From: Paraspadella gotoi
Taxonomy: Eukaryota; Animalia; Chaetognatha
Length of the DNA stretch: 64,000 bases
Assembly: GCA_051294375.1 (NCBI GenBank)
Contig: CM119269.1
Location: forward strand, 13,548,790-13,612,789
Reading direction: 5' to 3'
The notes beneath the pieces are model-generated. The model saw nothing but the letters and a program-made list of their open reading frames with translations, made no database searches and had not been told where the DNA came from. Numbering within the stretch: position 1 is the first letter of the stretch; every line of letters starts with the position of its first letter. Positions 13,870 through 27,268 of this stretch are shown piece after piece. A program made the position numbers and the translations under genes.

Positions 13870-14625
13870 AAAGGGGAGGAAAGGGATGAGGGAGGAAAAA
13901 AAAAGAAATGGAGGAAAGGGAATGAGGGAGGAATAAGAAAGAAAATGGAGGAAGGGATGAGGGAGGAAAAAGAAAAGAAATGGAGAAAAATGGATGAGGG
14001 AGGAAAATAAAGAAATGGATGAAAGGGATGAGGGAGGAAAAAGAAAAGTTAATGAAGGAAAGGAATGAGAGAGGAAAAAGAAAAGAAATGGAGGAAAAGG
14101 TTATGAGGGAGGAAAAAGAAAAGAATGGGGAAAGGATGAGGGAGAAAAAAATAATGGAAGGAAAGGGATGAGGAGGAAAAAGAAAAGAAATGGAGAAAGG
14201 TATGAGGGAGGAAAAAAGAAATGGAGGAAAGGTTATGAGAGAGGAAAATAGAAATAGAAATGGAGGGAAGGAAATGAAGGGAGAAAAATGGAAAGAAAGG
14301 GATGAGGGAGAAAAGAAAAGAAATGGAGGAAAGGATGAGGGAGGAAAAAATAAAGAAATGAGAGGAAGGGTGTGGGAGGAAAAATAAAGAAATGAGGAAA
14401 GAATGAGGGAGGAAAAAGAAAAGAAATGAAAGAAAGGGATGAAGGAGGAAAAGAAAAGAAATTGAGGAAATGGATGAGGGAGGAAAAATAAAGAAAATGG
14501 AGGAAAGGTTATGAGGGAGGAAAAAGAAAAGAAATGAAAGAAGGGATGAGGGAGAAAAAGAAAAGAAATGGAGGAAAGAGATGAGGAGGAAAAGAAAAGA
14601 ATGAAGGAAAATGAGGATTGAGGAT
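13870..14625 (+). repeat. Purine-rich minisatellite, ~33-36-bp unit (ggaaagggatgagggaggaaaaagaaaagaaatg); second array at 16503-17270
   Basis: Tandem units visible; the same array recurs after the 16478-16502 gap. Confidence 0.9.
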
Positions 14626-15501
14626 GAGAACTTTGAATAAACAATGTCGAGTAAAGTTTGAATTTCTTAGAAAGTCATTGACACAGTTTAGCTATGATAC
14701 TTGTATGCATGTTGTTTGGTCCTCATAACTATAAAAATACACAATTAGCATCAACTATGTAAAGATATTAATAATTTTTATTATCATTTTTGTAAGGAAC
14801 ATAAAGGTCAGGAAGTTCAAACAACAATTTCATTTTCCTAAATTGTAATCAGTCTCAACTGAAAAAATTCAAAGTCATAATTTCTTCGTCTTTTCGTGTT
14901 TCTGTCTTTCTGTTTTCTGTTTTTATTTTAAATCCAAAATTCTCTGTGGAGGTAAGGTTTCCGGATCGAGACCGGGAACTAGTCAACAAGTTCCTAACAT
15001 CCTTAACCAGAAAACAAATTGAACCTTGCATATCTTTACTTCTCAAATCTAATAATTGCTATTAGCTAAAATTTATTATTCAAAAATTACAAAAATTTAT
15101 TTAAAAAATAAATCATTGTGTTAAGCCTTTCTTTTTGTTGTTTGTTTTAGATTTAAGTGAAACGAAATTTTCTAAAAAATAAATTAAATTGATATAGTTC
15201 GTTTACTAGAAAATTTTAATCAAAGCTTATGCAAACATATAAATAATACTCGTAAATTCGTAATTTCGATGAAACGAAATTTTCTAAAAAAATAATTTTT
15301 TAGAATTTCGTTTCACTAAAAATAAATCGTAATTTGTTGGTAGCGCCATGTAGCGCAGGTTTCATACTGTAAATTAAAGCCAAAACGCCTTATAAAAAGA
15401 TAATACATATTCTTTTTTAGTACAACCCCCGTCTAACTTAACTCAAGAGCCACACTTTCGTATTCCCTAAATATTGAATACCTCCATTTTCTTATTAGTA
15501 A

Positions 15502-15601
<100 letters not shown>

Positions 15602-15656
15602 GTAAATAGTAATCGGAACAGAACAAACGACAAGTTGCATTTGAATCTAAATTGCA

Positions 15657-16036
15657 TCAAGTTTCTTTTCAATCTCTGAGCCTTTTTGCGCCGCAGCAGC
15701 AGTCCCCGCCGCCGCCCGCCGCCGATTTTGCCGAAATTCTCGGCGTCTTCTAGATTTTCCGGGCGCGGTCGTCCTCTCGTTTCCGGAAGCAGAAGAGCTA
15801 AGAGGCCGGCGGAGATCGCCCGCGGCGCCGAAGACGATCCAGCGGCCAAAGTACGCCGCCACGCCGCCGCCCGAGTGGCGCCGTTTCTGTTCGAGTGCTG
15901 TCGCATGCGGCCTCGTTTGGCGTCGCTGATTGACGCCATGGCCGCGATCTGCGGCGCCAACATCTCCTCCGAGTCTGGCGCTCATGGAACCGACGCCAAC
16001 AGCCGCTGTTGCGAACCACGGTGGGGAAGAGTTCGG
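15657..16036 (-). pseudogene. Frameshifted duplicate of the SLC22 terminal exon (probably an assembly duplicate)
   Basis: Near-identical to 18235-18611 (ELFPTVVRN...LLLPETRG...NLEDAENF) but with several 1-bp indels. The surrounding block 13870-16477 duplicates 16503-19054 and ends at a 25-N gap. Confidence 0.75.
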
Positions 16037-17798
16037 CTGGGAAGAAGAAGAGGGAGGAAAGAGGGAGGTCAGGGATAAAAGGAGGGAAAACTAAGGAGAT
16101 GTAAAAAGAGAATTTTGATAGTAACTTTCAGGGGGAGAGATAATGAGAGATAAGCATTCGAAAACTGATATCAATTGTTTAAACTTTAAAGGAAACTGTC
16201 ACTGAAGTTTTGGAAGTTTAAAAAACAAGGATGGTAAATAATGGATACTTAATGGATATACAATATAGTTTTTCAATGCTAAAGTTTATGATTGGACACG
16301 TTAGTTGGCAAGTCGTGATCTTATTTCTCGAGTCCAAATAATTTTTTTTTAAATTTTTAATTCCAATAGAAATTGTTATGTCATATAAGATACAACAGAC
16401 ACAAGCGAAGATCATGGATAAACCAGACAAAGAGTAAAATAAACCCATATATATAATAAAAGAGTTATTTTTTTCGTNNNNNNNNNNNNNNNNNNNNNNN
16501 NNAAAAATAAAGAAATAGAGGAAAGAGATGAGGGAGGAAAAAGAAAAGAAATTAAAGAAAGGGATTAAGGAGGAAAAAGAAAAGAAATTGAGGAAATGGA
16601 TGAGGNNNNNNNNNNNNNNNNNNNNNNNNNGGGATGAGAGAGGAAAAAGAAAAGAAATGGAGGAAAGGTTATGAGGAGGAAAAAAATAAAGAAATGGAGG
16701 AAAGGATGAGGGAGGAAAAGAAAAGAAATGAGGAAAGGAATGAGGGAGAAAAAAAATGGAAGAAAGGGATGAGGAGGAAAAAGAAAAGAAATGGAGGAAA
16801 GGATGAGGGAGGAAAAATAAAGAAATGAAGAGGAAAGGGGTGAGGGAGGAAAATAAAGAAATAGAGGAAAGAGATGAGGGAGGAAAAAGAAAAGAAATAA
16901 AGAAAGGGATGAAGGAGGAAAAAGAAAAGAAATTGAGGAAATGGATGAGGGAGGAAAAATAAAGAAATGGAGGAAAGGTTATGAGGGAGAAAAGAAAAGA
17001 AATGAAAGAAAGGGATGAGGGAGGAAAAAGAAAAGAAATGGAGGAAAGAGATGAGGGAGGAAAAAGAAAAGAAATGAAAGAAAGGGATGAAGGAGGAAAA
17101 AGAAAAGAAATTGAGGAAATGGATGAGGGAGGAAAAATAAAGAAATGGAGGAAAGGTTATGAGGGAGGAAAAAGAAAAGAAATGAAAGAAAGGGATGAGG
17201 GAGGAAAAAGAAAAGAAATGGAGGAAAGAGATGAGGGAGGAAAAAGAAAAGAAATGAAGGAAAATGAGGGTTGAGGATGAGAACTTTGAATAAACAATGT
17301 CGAGTAAAGTTTGAATTTCTTAGAAGTCATTGACACAGTTTAGCTATGATACTTGTATGCATGTTGTTTGGTCCTCATCACTATAAAAATACACAATTAG
17401 CATCAACTATCGTAAAGATATTAATAATTTTTATTATCATTTTTGTAAGGAACATAAAGGTCAGGAAGTTCAAACAACAATTTCATTTTCCTAAAGTTGT
17501 AATCAGTCTCAACTGAAAAAATTCAAAGTCATAATTTCTTCGTCTTTTCGTGTTTCTGTCTTTCTGTTTTTCTGTTTTTATTTTAAATCCAAAATTCTCT
17601 GTGGAGGTTAAGGTTTCCGGATCGAGACCGGGAACTAGTCAACAAGTTCCTAACATCCTTAACCATGAAAACAAATTGACCTTGCAATCTTTACTTCTCA
17701 AATCTAATAATTGCTAAAATTTATTATTCAAAATTACAAAAATTTATTTAAAAAATAAATCATTGTGTTAAGCCTTTCTTTTTGTTGTTTGTTTTAGA

Positions 17799-17868
17799 TT
17801 TAAGTGAAACGAAATTTTCTAAAATAAAATTAAATTGTTGTTTCACAGAAAATTTCGTTTCACTTAAA
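17799..17868. other. Perfect 22-bp inverted repeat with a 26-nt loop in the SLC22 3' region
   Basis: tttaagtgaaacgaaattttct (17799-17820) is the exact reverse complement of agaaaatttcgtttcacttaaa (17847-17868). Confidence 0.9.
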
Positions 17869-18051
17869 AAATAAATCGTAATTTGTTGGTAGCGCCATGT
17901 AGCGCAGGTTTCATACTGTAAATTAAAGCCAAAACGCCTTATAAAAAGATAATACATATTCTTTTTTAGTACAACCCCCGTCTAACTTAACTCAAGAGCC
18001 ACACTTTCGGTATTCCCTAATATTGAATACCTCCATTTTCCTTATTAGTAA

Positions 18052-18094
<43 letters not shown>

Positions 18095-18121
18095 TAATAA
18101 TAATAATAATAATAAATAAAA

Positions 18122-18178
<57 letters not shown>

Positions 18179-18234
18179 GTAAATAGTAATCGGAACAGAA
18201 CAAACGACAGAGTTGCATTTGAATCTAAATTGCA

Positions 18235-21200
18235 TCAAGTTTTCTTTTCAATCTCTGAGCCTTTTGCGCCGCAGCAGCAGTCCCCACCGCCGCCGCCGCC
18301 GATTTTGCCGAAATTCTCGGCGTCTTCTAGATTTTCCGGCGCCGGTCGTCCTCTCGTTTCCGGAAGCAGAAGAGCTAAGAGGCCGGCGGAGATCGCCGCG
18401 GCGCCGAAGACGATCAGCGGCCAAAGTACGCCGCCACCGCCGCCGCCCTGAGTGGCGCCGTTTCTGTTCGAGCTGCTGTCGCATGCGGCCTCGTTGGCGT
18501 CGCTGATTGACGCCATGGCCGCGATCTGCGGCGCCAACATTCCTCCGAGTCTGGCGCTCATGGAACCGACGCCAACGCCGCTGTTGCGAACCACGGTGGG
18601 GAAGAGTTCGGCTGGGAAGAAGAAGAGGGAGGAAAGAGGGAGGTCAGGGATAAAGGAGGGAAAAACTAAGGAGATGTAAAAAGAGAATTTTGATAGTAAC
18701 TTTCAGGGGGAGAGATAATGAGAGATAATGCATTCGAAAACTGATATCAATTGTTTAAACTTTAAAGGAAACTGTCACTGAAGGTTTTGGAAGTTTAAAA
18801 AACAAGGGATGGTAAATAATGGATACTTAATGGATACCAAATATAGTTTTTCAATGCTAAAGTTTTATGATTGGACACGTTAGTTGGCAAGTCGTGATCT
18901 TATTTCTCGAGTCCAAATAATTTTTTTTTTAAATTTTTAATTCCAATAGAAATTGTTATGTCATATAAGATACAACAGACGCAAGCGAAGATCATGGATA
19001 AACAGACAAGAGTAAAATAAACCATATATATAATAAAAGAGTTATTTTTTTCGTCAATCGCAAAAGCGATTTACATTAATTTATATGAGAGTTTCATTTC
19101 GGACCTCATCATTAAAATTAAAGTTACAAATAAAATTGATAATAAATATAACAGACTTTGACAGTATCTTCCCGATTTTTGCAAGATGAAAACAAACCCT
19201 GACCGGAATAAACGTAGATGAGAGCGAATGAGGCGGAGACACAGAGTTTCCCGATCATCGCCAAAACGACGACGACGACGTGAGACGGAGGAATCGCTAC
19301 GGAAACGAGACACATGGCGCCGCCTTGCGGTGAAAATTGGGAAGTAAATGGTCGTGGATTTTAAAGAGAAAATATTTGAACTGATGCTACATCCTAAGTC
19401 TGAGAGTAGATCTTTATCCGTTTCTGAATTAAAAACGGAAAGACATAGTTGAATCTAATTCCAAAGAGTTATTTAAATTTCAATACAATGCTAATTTCAA
19501 AATCGAAATATAAACGTCATTTTATATCTAAATCTAGCAGCAAAGTTCAAAACTAAATCTTATTTCCAATTTATATCTAAAAATAAATATAATTTCAAAA
19601 AAAATTGAAACTTAATCAAAAAATATCAAAATATAACTACAAATCAAAATCAAAATCTAATTAGACAATTTGTTTTTTGGGGTTTTTTTGGTTTTGTTTT
19701 TTTAAATCTAAGTTTCTTAATTTAAACAAATACTAACCAAAAATTAAGAACCCGGCCAAAAGAATTCGGCGCCCCAAGTAGAGGATGGCGAAAAAGGTGA
19801 GTAAGTAAGCGGGAAGCTCCACGGCGCCTGTCGATTTGGGTGAGGAAGGTTATCGTATAGACTGTAGAGGTAAGTTTCTTGACTTCGTACTGAAAATAAG
19901 AACTTACCCGAGATGAAGAGATTGAAAAATGGATCATCTCCTAAATTCTCCGAGGCTATCGTTAATCCGTAATACAACATGGAGTTTACCTGGTTAATGA
20001 TAAGTATTCTGTAAAATTTTAAAAGCAAGGCTCGGTAGGAATAATTAATTATATTTCAGGACATTTTTTAGCATTTTTTACGTTGTGAAATTCGTATTCA
20101 TTTTTATTAAAACTGGTGAGATATACTCTAAAAAAATTAAATTTATCGCATCTTACCAACCAATTCCAGCAGATGTTTAGCGTTCTACCCAAAACTCGAG
20201 GTCGCCTTGGATTGAACAGCGAAAGAACGTTGGCATTTTGTTGACGGTGTACTTCGACTTTGGTTCCGCTAGAGTCCCTTACGGGTTCCATCCAACTCGC
20301 TGCCGATTCTTTCTCACTCTCTTCGATAAACAAACGAACAAAATCTTCGGGGTAATCCTTGCCGTTGATTTTGGCAATTTTTCGAAGAACTTTTTCCAGT
20401 TCCTTCCATTTCTTGTTGATGTACAACCTGGATATTGGATAAGATCGAAGTCGAAAATAAAATAAGACAGTCGAAAATTTTACAATTCATAATTTTTTAT
20501 CGCTATTTTATAGTACAATTCTCAGATACCAGTTTTCTTACCATCTTGGAGATTCTGGAATTATAAACAGGTAAGGTAAAAAGAGAGCGGCCGGGAGAGA
20601 AGCTATCCACTGCAGACATCGCCAATCACGAATCGCGTAATACAGACCGGCCAAAATCATAGTGCCGATGGCGAAAGTCACTGCAAAACAAAAGAATGAA
20701 AAATAAAGTTATCTCGTCTTCTTGTACCCATTAATAAATTAACAAAAGTTGTGCAACATGAAAAAATAATTCATAGATTAAATATATCAATTAAATATCC
20801 ATAAAGCAATGACTCTCACTCCCACCCGCGATTCCATCATTCAATTTTCCCGGTTTTTTGAGTCATAAAATCGTCGTCGTCTTTTTTTTCTTTCTCTTTT
20901 CCGCCGTTAGGGGAGTTAATGGCCCCATAACCAGGCGCCTCTCTGTCGAGGGTAGATGGAACCTATTTTTTTTGAGGGGGGATTCCATTTACTTTTGTTC
21001 GACGTCATTGTTTGTGGTTTTGATCGATCTTCATTGTACTTTTGATTATTTTCAGTGTCTTTACCGGTTTTCAATTGTTGTCCACAGTTTGCTCTTCGTT
21101 CTTGTCTTATCGCTTTTACCACAACCGTCAGCGATTTTATCTTAACATTTTGATAATCGGTTTGGCTACGTTCGTCTCCTCGTCCGATGCATTAATTTCC

Positions 21201-23371
21201 TCATCTGTCTCATTTCGTCTGCAAAATCCTTATTCATCATTTTTTGTTCTCAATCGTTTTCTCGTTTTTTGCTCATTGGGGTCATTGTAGTCTTAGATTG
21301 GTTTTCAGCCTTAGATTGGATTTACGTCTTAGATTGGTTTTCAGTCTTAGATTGGATTTACGTCTTAGATTGGTTTTCAGTCTTAGATTGGATTTACGTC
21401 TTAGATTGGTTTTCAGTCTTAGATTGGATTTACGTCTTAGATTGGTTTTCAGTCTTAGATTGGATTTACGTCTTAGATTGGTTTTCAGTCTTAGATTGGA
21501 TTTACGTCTTAGATTGGTTTTCAGTCTTAGATTGGATTTACGTCTTAGATTGGTTTTCAGCCTTAGATTGGATTTACGTCTTAGATTGGTTTTCAGCCTT
21601 AGATTGGATTTACGTCTTAGATTAGTTTTAAGTCGTCTTTTTCGTCGTCATTGTCGTCGTTATCTTCGTCGTCGTTTTCGTCGTCATTGTCGTCGTTTTC
21701 GTCCTCATTGTCGTCGTCATTGTCGACGTTTTCGTCTTCATTGTCGTCGTCATTGTCGTCGTTTTCGTCCTCATTGTCGTCGTCATTGTCGTTTTCGTCC
21801 TCATTGTCGTCGTCATTGTCGTCGTTTTCGTCTTCATTGTCGTCGTCATTGTCGTCGTTTTCGACTTCATTGTTGTCGTCAATGTCGTCGTTCTTTCATC
21901 CTCACCCTGAACAACGAGGCCAATCATCATCCTCCATCTCGGCCCCATGAGTTCCACCTGAACAAAAGGTAAAGAGAGATGATTTAAGAGAATTCTTTCC
22001 CGGGCGCGAGAGGGCGGAACCGGTGAAATAAAGTCGGATAAAAGGAGTCACGACGACGACGACGACGACCGCAAATTGATCCATAAATCGCAACGCAACC
22101 ATCAGCTTTGTCATCGTCATCATCATTATCACCACGTTCAAGTATGTGCGTAAATTTGAGAAAAAAGTTTTTTGATTTACTATTTAAAGATTTAAATAAT
22201 AAAAAATAAGGGAAATAAAAAATAAAAAATTTTTTTTAATAAAATGAATAAATTATACATAAAATTAAATATTTTCATGTCTAAAAATTTGAAATAGTGA
22301 AATAAGTAATTTAGCAATTTTGAATGGAAAAACAAGGTATTATTAAGTAATAAAATAAAATAAAATACATACCTCAAGTACAAAAGCTGTCAAAAAAGCA
22401 GCAAGGACGAAAAATCCCACCAAGAATCTGAAGAAAATGGTAAAGTCGAATCTTTTTTTTTTTTATTCTAACCCGTAAATTACCATCGCTTTTTTAATAA
22501 TTAACTTCACCTTTTCTTATTTCTGTAAACATTCATTTCAATATCAATGGAATTATTATTGATTATTACGTGTTTATCAAAATGGATATCGATATGAAGC
22601 AAATAAATGAGAATCTGGTTACCAGCTGCAAACTGACCTGAAAACTACAAAGACCCAAAAATTAGGAGCGAAGGCTGAAGCAACACCAAATACCAACGTC
22701 AGCAGATTGCAAATCGCAAATGTTTTTAAACGTCCGATATAATCAGAAACCTGAAAAGCGGGAAAGGACATCCGCTCTCATAACTCATATACGTATTATA
22801 CGTATATACGTATCCTCGCGTATATACGTATTATTGGGACAATCGTTCATATATTCCAAAAGCGCCCTATTTTTGCATTCAAGTTTAGAATAGTAATAGT
22901 TTTAAGAGTTAGTGCTGAGGCGAGGGATTAGCTTTGGGATAAGCGAGGGTTAGGAATTTGGTTGGGGAATAAAGTTAAGGTTTTGGGTTAAAATTATGTT
23001 CAAAGAACCGAAATGGGCAGCTTTTGGAAAATAGTTGGAAAACAGATGTTTACAGTTTATTTTTTCTATCCGCACATAATGACCCAGTTTGCTGACTTAT
23101 ATGATCCCTAATGACTGACCTGACCCATAATGACTCCGCCGAACATGACGCCCAGAAAGTAGACGGTCGACGCGGTCGCTATTTTCTGTGACGGAATCAA
23201 TGAGAAATAACGTGAGTGACGTCATGAATGGCAGCGTCATACGTGACCTTACCTTGGAAACCCGCCCGATCCTTACCCGTGTTTCTCCGCAGACGAGATT
23301 CCAGTCTTCGTTGGCCGAAGATTGAAATTCGCTTCGATCGAAGAGATGATCTCCTTTGCAGGAACGCCATT

Positions 23372-23422
<51 letters not shown>

Positions 23423-24473
23423 ATAAAAAGAGAAAGAGAAAGAGAAATATATAAAACATGAGGGATAAGATCAGAGATATAAACATTAAAAGAAATGACT
23501 CCCAAAAATTAAAAGAAATTCACGTATTTTAAAAATAAAAAAATTGAAAAAAATATAAATGTATGAATAAATAAAACATAAATAAAACTACATGAATATA
23601 TAAAGGAAATTAAAAAATAAGGGAAATTTCAACTGGAAAGAAAATCGAGGCTTTGGCACCGGAATTGTCAGGAGTCGAATTGCGAAAAACGCAACAACTG
23701 GAAAATCGATTCGTTCCATTTATTTTTGGCGCGAAAAGCGAAAGTTGTGCCGCCGATTGTGAATCTAAAAAAGGAATCATCGTGTCAGGATGTAATATGA
23801 CAACGGGAAGACGTGTGGGAGCCAATGGGACGAGCTGAGTTTCACCAAGCTATACGGGTGGCGAATTTAGGATTCGCCATAGTAATCTCATTGATTTTGA
23901 ATTTAAAGAATAATGCATCAATTATAAATGCTAAGAAAATTAATATTAAAGCCTTTGTTCGACTGGTTTAAAACTTGTAGCAAAATTAAACAATAACTAT
24001 CTATTGTTCTAGAGCTTAAGTCATCTACCGATTAATCCATGTAAAAGTTATTATTATCTTTAATTATCGTAATTAATTATTATCTTTTAATTTATTATTA
24101 ATTTAATTTAATTTATTATTAATTTAATTATTATCTTTAATTATCATAATCCTTTCCTGATTCGTATTCGAATTCTTTGTCTTCAAAACCTTCGACCCCA
24201 TCTATTTTGCATCGATGTTGGGGAGAAGGAAACGCGAGGCCAGTCAGGTACATTTGCATTCCGGCCACGATCCCTGCCGATAAATAATCAATTAATAATT
24301 AGTGTAATAATATTACGTAATACGTACAATAATTTCATATTACAACGCAATGTACGGACCATAGTCCATAGACCATGAGACGCTTCTTGTGTTTTATGCT
24401 AATTTAGTCACGTGATCGACTTGAAATGTTGATGGAAATGAAGGTCGTGCGGCACAGCACCTTAGAATTGCCG

Positions 24474-24555
<82 letters not shown>

Positions 24556-24738
24556 CCTCTCTCTCCCTCTCTCTCTCTCCTTACCTGATAACAACATGAG
24601 ACCAACGTAAATCTTCTGAAACTTTCCAAATCCTCCAACTACATCGTAGATCGAGTCAAAATTGTAGTTCGGGTCACGTGGTTGTTGCTCTTTTGATTTT
24701 TGATGCTCTTCCGTTTGATTAGGATGAGTTTCACTCAT
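18235..24738 (-). CDS. SLC22-family (MFS) organic cation/anion transporter, 14 coding exons: 24738-24585, 24273-24190 (or 24157), 23764-23660, 23371-23277, 23185-23120, 22750-22638, 22427-22373, 21957-21906, 20680-20542, 20427-20157, 19989-19908, 19827-19738, 19323-19204, 18611-18235
   Basis: Phase-consistent GT-AG exons give family motifs: [125 protein letters not shown]. Confidence 0.95.
21289..21625 (+). repeat. 36-bp minisatellite (two 18-bp subunits gtcttagattggttttca / gtcttagattggatttac), ~9 copies, in SLC22 intron 8
   Basis: Visible directly; gives the LRLVFSLRLDLR periodicity in the ORF track. Confidence 0.95.
21632..21895 (+). repeat. Compound (GTC)n-based minisatellite in SLC22 intron 8
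   Basis: Repeats of cgtcgtcattgtcgtcgttttcgtcctcattgt. Confidence 0.85.
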
Positions 24739-26689
24739 TTTGAGAATTTCACTGAAAACTGAATACAAACGAAAGAAAATATCATTTTCTAATGAAAGAG
24801 CGAAAAAAAAAAACAAACATTAAAGTTGCAGGTTTAGGTATTTTTCACACAGTAGCTTTACGAGGTAAAGATAAATTTAATAATTTGACGACAAAAAGGA
24901 TAGTCTAAGAATGACAAATATACGTTCAAAAATTATTTCTTTTTTTTGTTTTTTGGAATAGTATTCATTTTTCTTTCCGCGATAATTTAAAGAATTCAGA
25001 AGTTAATTCGATTATTACACGCAAAAGTCCTTAAGAAATAACGCGTGACGAGTTGAGGTTTGCTCGATGCTCAATCATCATCTTTCACCGACGTCTGTTA
25101 TTTTCCGAAAAAGTAACTACTTTCAATAAATGATTTTGAAAAAGTTATAAGTTTGTAAAGTTTGTTAATTTTTTTCCGTATTTCAAACGAGAGGAGGATC
25201 TAGAGAAAAGATTAAACTTCTATTTATCTTCCTTAAGTTGGATCAGGACCTTAAGAATACTTGACACTCAATGATGGGCAGCGTTCCGGAAATACCACCC
25301 ACTCTAAGTTAAGTACGTTTTGCATGTTTCAGGTAGCTTCATGTAGTTCTAAGTAAAAAAGTATACAGTATACAAACCATTACTTCTGAGCCATTAATTC
25401 TCTTACCAATTCAAGGGCATCATAGTTTAATGATTAGTGTCAAGTAAAAATTAGGTAAACAATTTTTTTGACATTGTTAGTATCGTAAAATTTTAATTTT
25501 TGTATAAAACATTTTATATTTCTTAGACGTATTCTAAGGATATTTTCTTTCTATTTGATTATTTTTTACAATATGAGAATGAAAATAAGGTTCTTTGGCA
25601 GAAATCACTCTATTTCACTATTTAGCATAATGTGTAAGTTTATACAATTAAAGTATTTCACATTCCTGTTTATTTGCAACTTATTAATTGGTTAAATATA
25701 CATTGTTAAATGTAAACTCTTAAATTGTTAATTTTTTTTGTTTGACCTTTCATTTCTTTTCACCACTGTGCCTCAATCTGATTCAAACTTCAACTGTCTT
25801 CACCATTTAACTTACCTTTCCCTCAAATTCTATTTTGGAAGCTTTAAACTCCTGCATGGTAACGGACAACATTCTCTTTGATGTCATCTTTGAATATCTT
25901 CATTCCGGAGATATTTCTACACACAAATACCCAATACAAAATGTCAAGAAACTTTGGGATTTAGTTCCGTCAAGTCACTCTTCAGACAAACAATTCTGCC
26001 GAAGTATCCAAATAATATAGTTGCATGATTGGTATCATAAATGTCTGATTCTACATAATAATTTTTTTTTTTTTTTTTTTTTTTAACTTTTACGTTCTCT
26101 GGCCGTTCACTTAACTTTTCGTTGTGTCTTTGGGGTTCGGGGTCAAAAAGTTTGAATGTTTTAAAGAAACATTACCAAATACGTACGATTTTAAATTTTG
26201 TTTTTAGGTCCAACGTATATATTTAATGAAAGACCCTATAAGCCGCTTAATCGTGAGCTCAGGTCCGTTGTTGTATCATTTTGTCATTTATTCATTTATC
26301 TCTCTCTCTCTCTCTCTCTCCTCTTCTCTAACACTCCAATTTTGTACCAGACCAATTTGCAGTTCAAAATCACTGTTCGAAAACATTGTCTGTTATAAAT
26401 ACAAATAAAAATTATTTGTCACAATAAAATATCTTTTCTACTAATTCAATAACCAAGAAAAGAAAGGAAAAACTGACAGTTTCTTAATTCAAAATTATCA
26501 AATAATGGATCAGAGATCTTGGTCTCAGCTATCATTTGGTGTACAATTAAAATAATTTTTAAAAAAATTTGATAAAGGGTTGAGCTTACAAATCAAAGAG
26601 TTTACAATTTTGTAAGAGATTTTTGATAGCAAGAGTCTGTTTTCCTTTGATCACATGACATGACAGGACATGACTAAAAAACTATCTTG

Positions 26690-26940
26690 GCCCTTGTATT
26701 TATGAAATGCACAGCATCGAAATTCCGTCTTTTATTTCTTATAGGTTTAGGATTTCCTGAAGGGGGCGCTAGCAGTTCTTTAGATTTGAATTTTTTTCCT
26801 GTCTTAACAAATGTGCAACGACTATAGGTGAATTATATGCATTTTTAACGTAAGTAGGACAGACATACATACCGACTGACAGACCAACCGAAAAGTGACT
26901 TAGAGAGTGGCTTCGCGAGTACTCACGGAGCAACTAAAAA
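26690..26940 (+). mobile_element. Non-autonomous interspersed repeat (DINE-1/Helentron-associated-like), copy 2
   Basis: Homologous to 1741-1925. Has a gacagaca/ccgac microsatellite, then gtgacttagagagtggcttcgcgagtactcacggagcaactaaaaa (terminal hairpin plus A-run). Confidence 0.55.
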
Positions 26941-27268
26941 TGATGATTATGTGAATTAAATTCTTGTTTTACCCGTGAAAAATTTTTTAAGAAAAAATGC
27001 AAATTTTAAGAATTTTTACAGAAACGATTATTTACGTTTGAGCCATCACACGAGTGATAATCTCATCTACATAAATATGACATTCGCATCGAATCCTGCG
27101 CAAAATAGGGATGCTAAAATTTGTTAATTAGAAAATTACTACACACATTGTGGTCATTATGAACAGAGTCACATATATAATGTTATAACTTTTATTTTGT
27201 TCCATGGAAAAGGCTGTTAAAAATTCTTTAAAAGCCTCAGTCACTGTATCATCACCAGAGCGCTCAAT

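Noticed and set aside
12852-14644. 268-aa and 317-aa Phe/Ser/Leu/Pro-rich minus-strand ORFs
   Set aside because: Translations of purine-rich minisatellites; no domain or splice support.
21289-21625. Regular 36-bp repeats suggesting a CRISPR array
   Set aside because: Head-to-tail repeats without unique spacers, eukaryotic context, no cas genes.
21244-21972. 242-aa repetitive Arg/Cys-rich ORF resembling a protamine or metallothionein
   Set aside because: Antisense translation of two intronic tandem repeats inside the SLC22 gene.
25760-26060. Possible transposase remnant upstream of SLC22
   Set aside because: No catalytic or dimerisation motif could be read in any frame.
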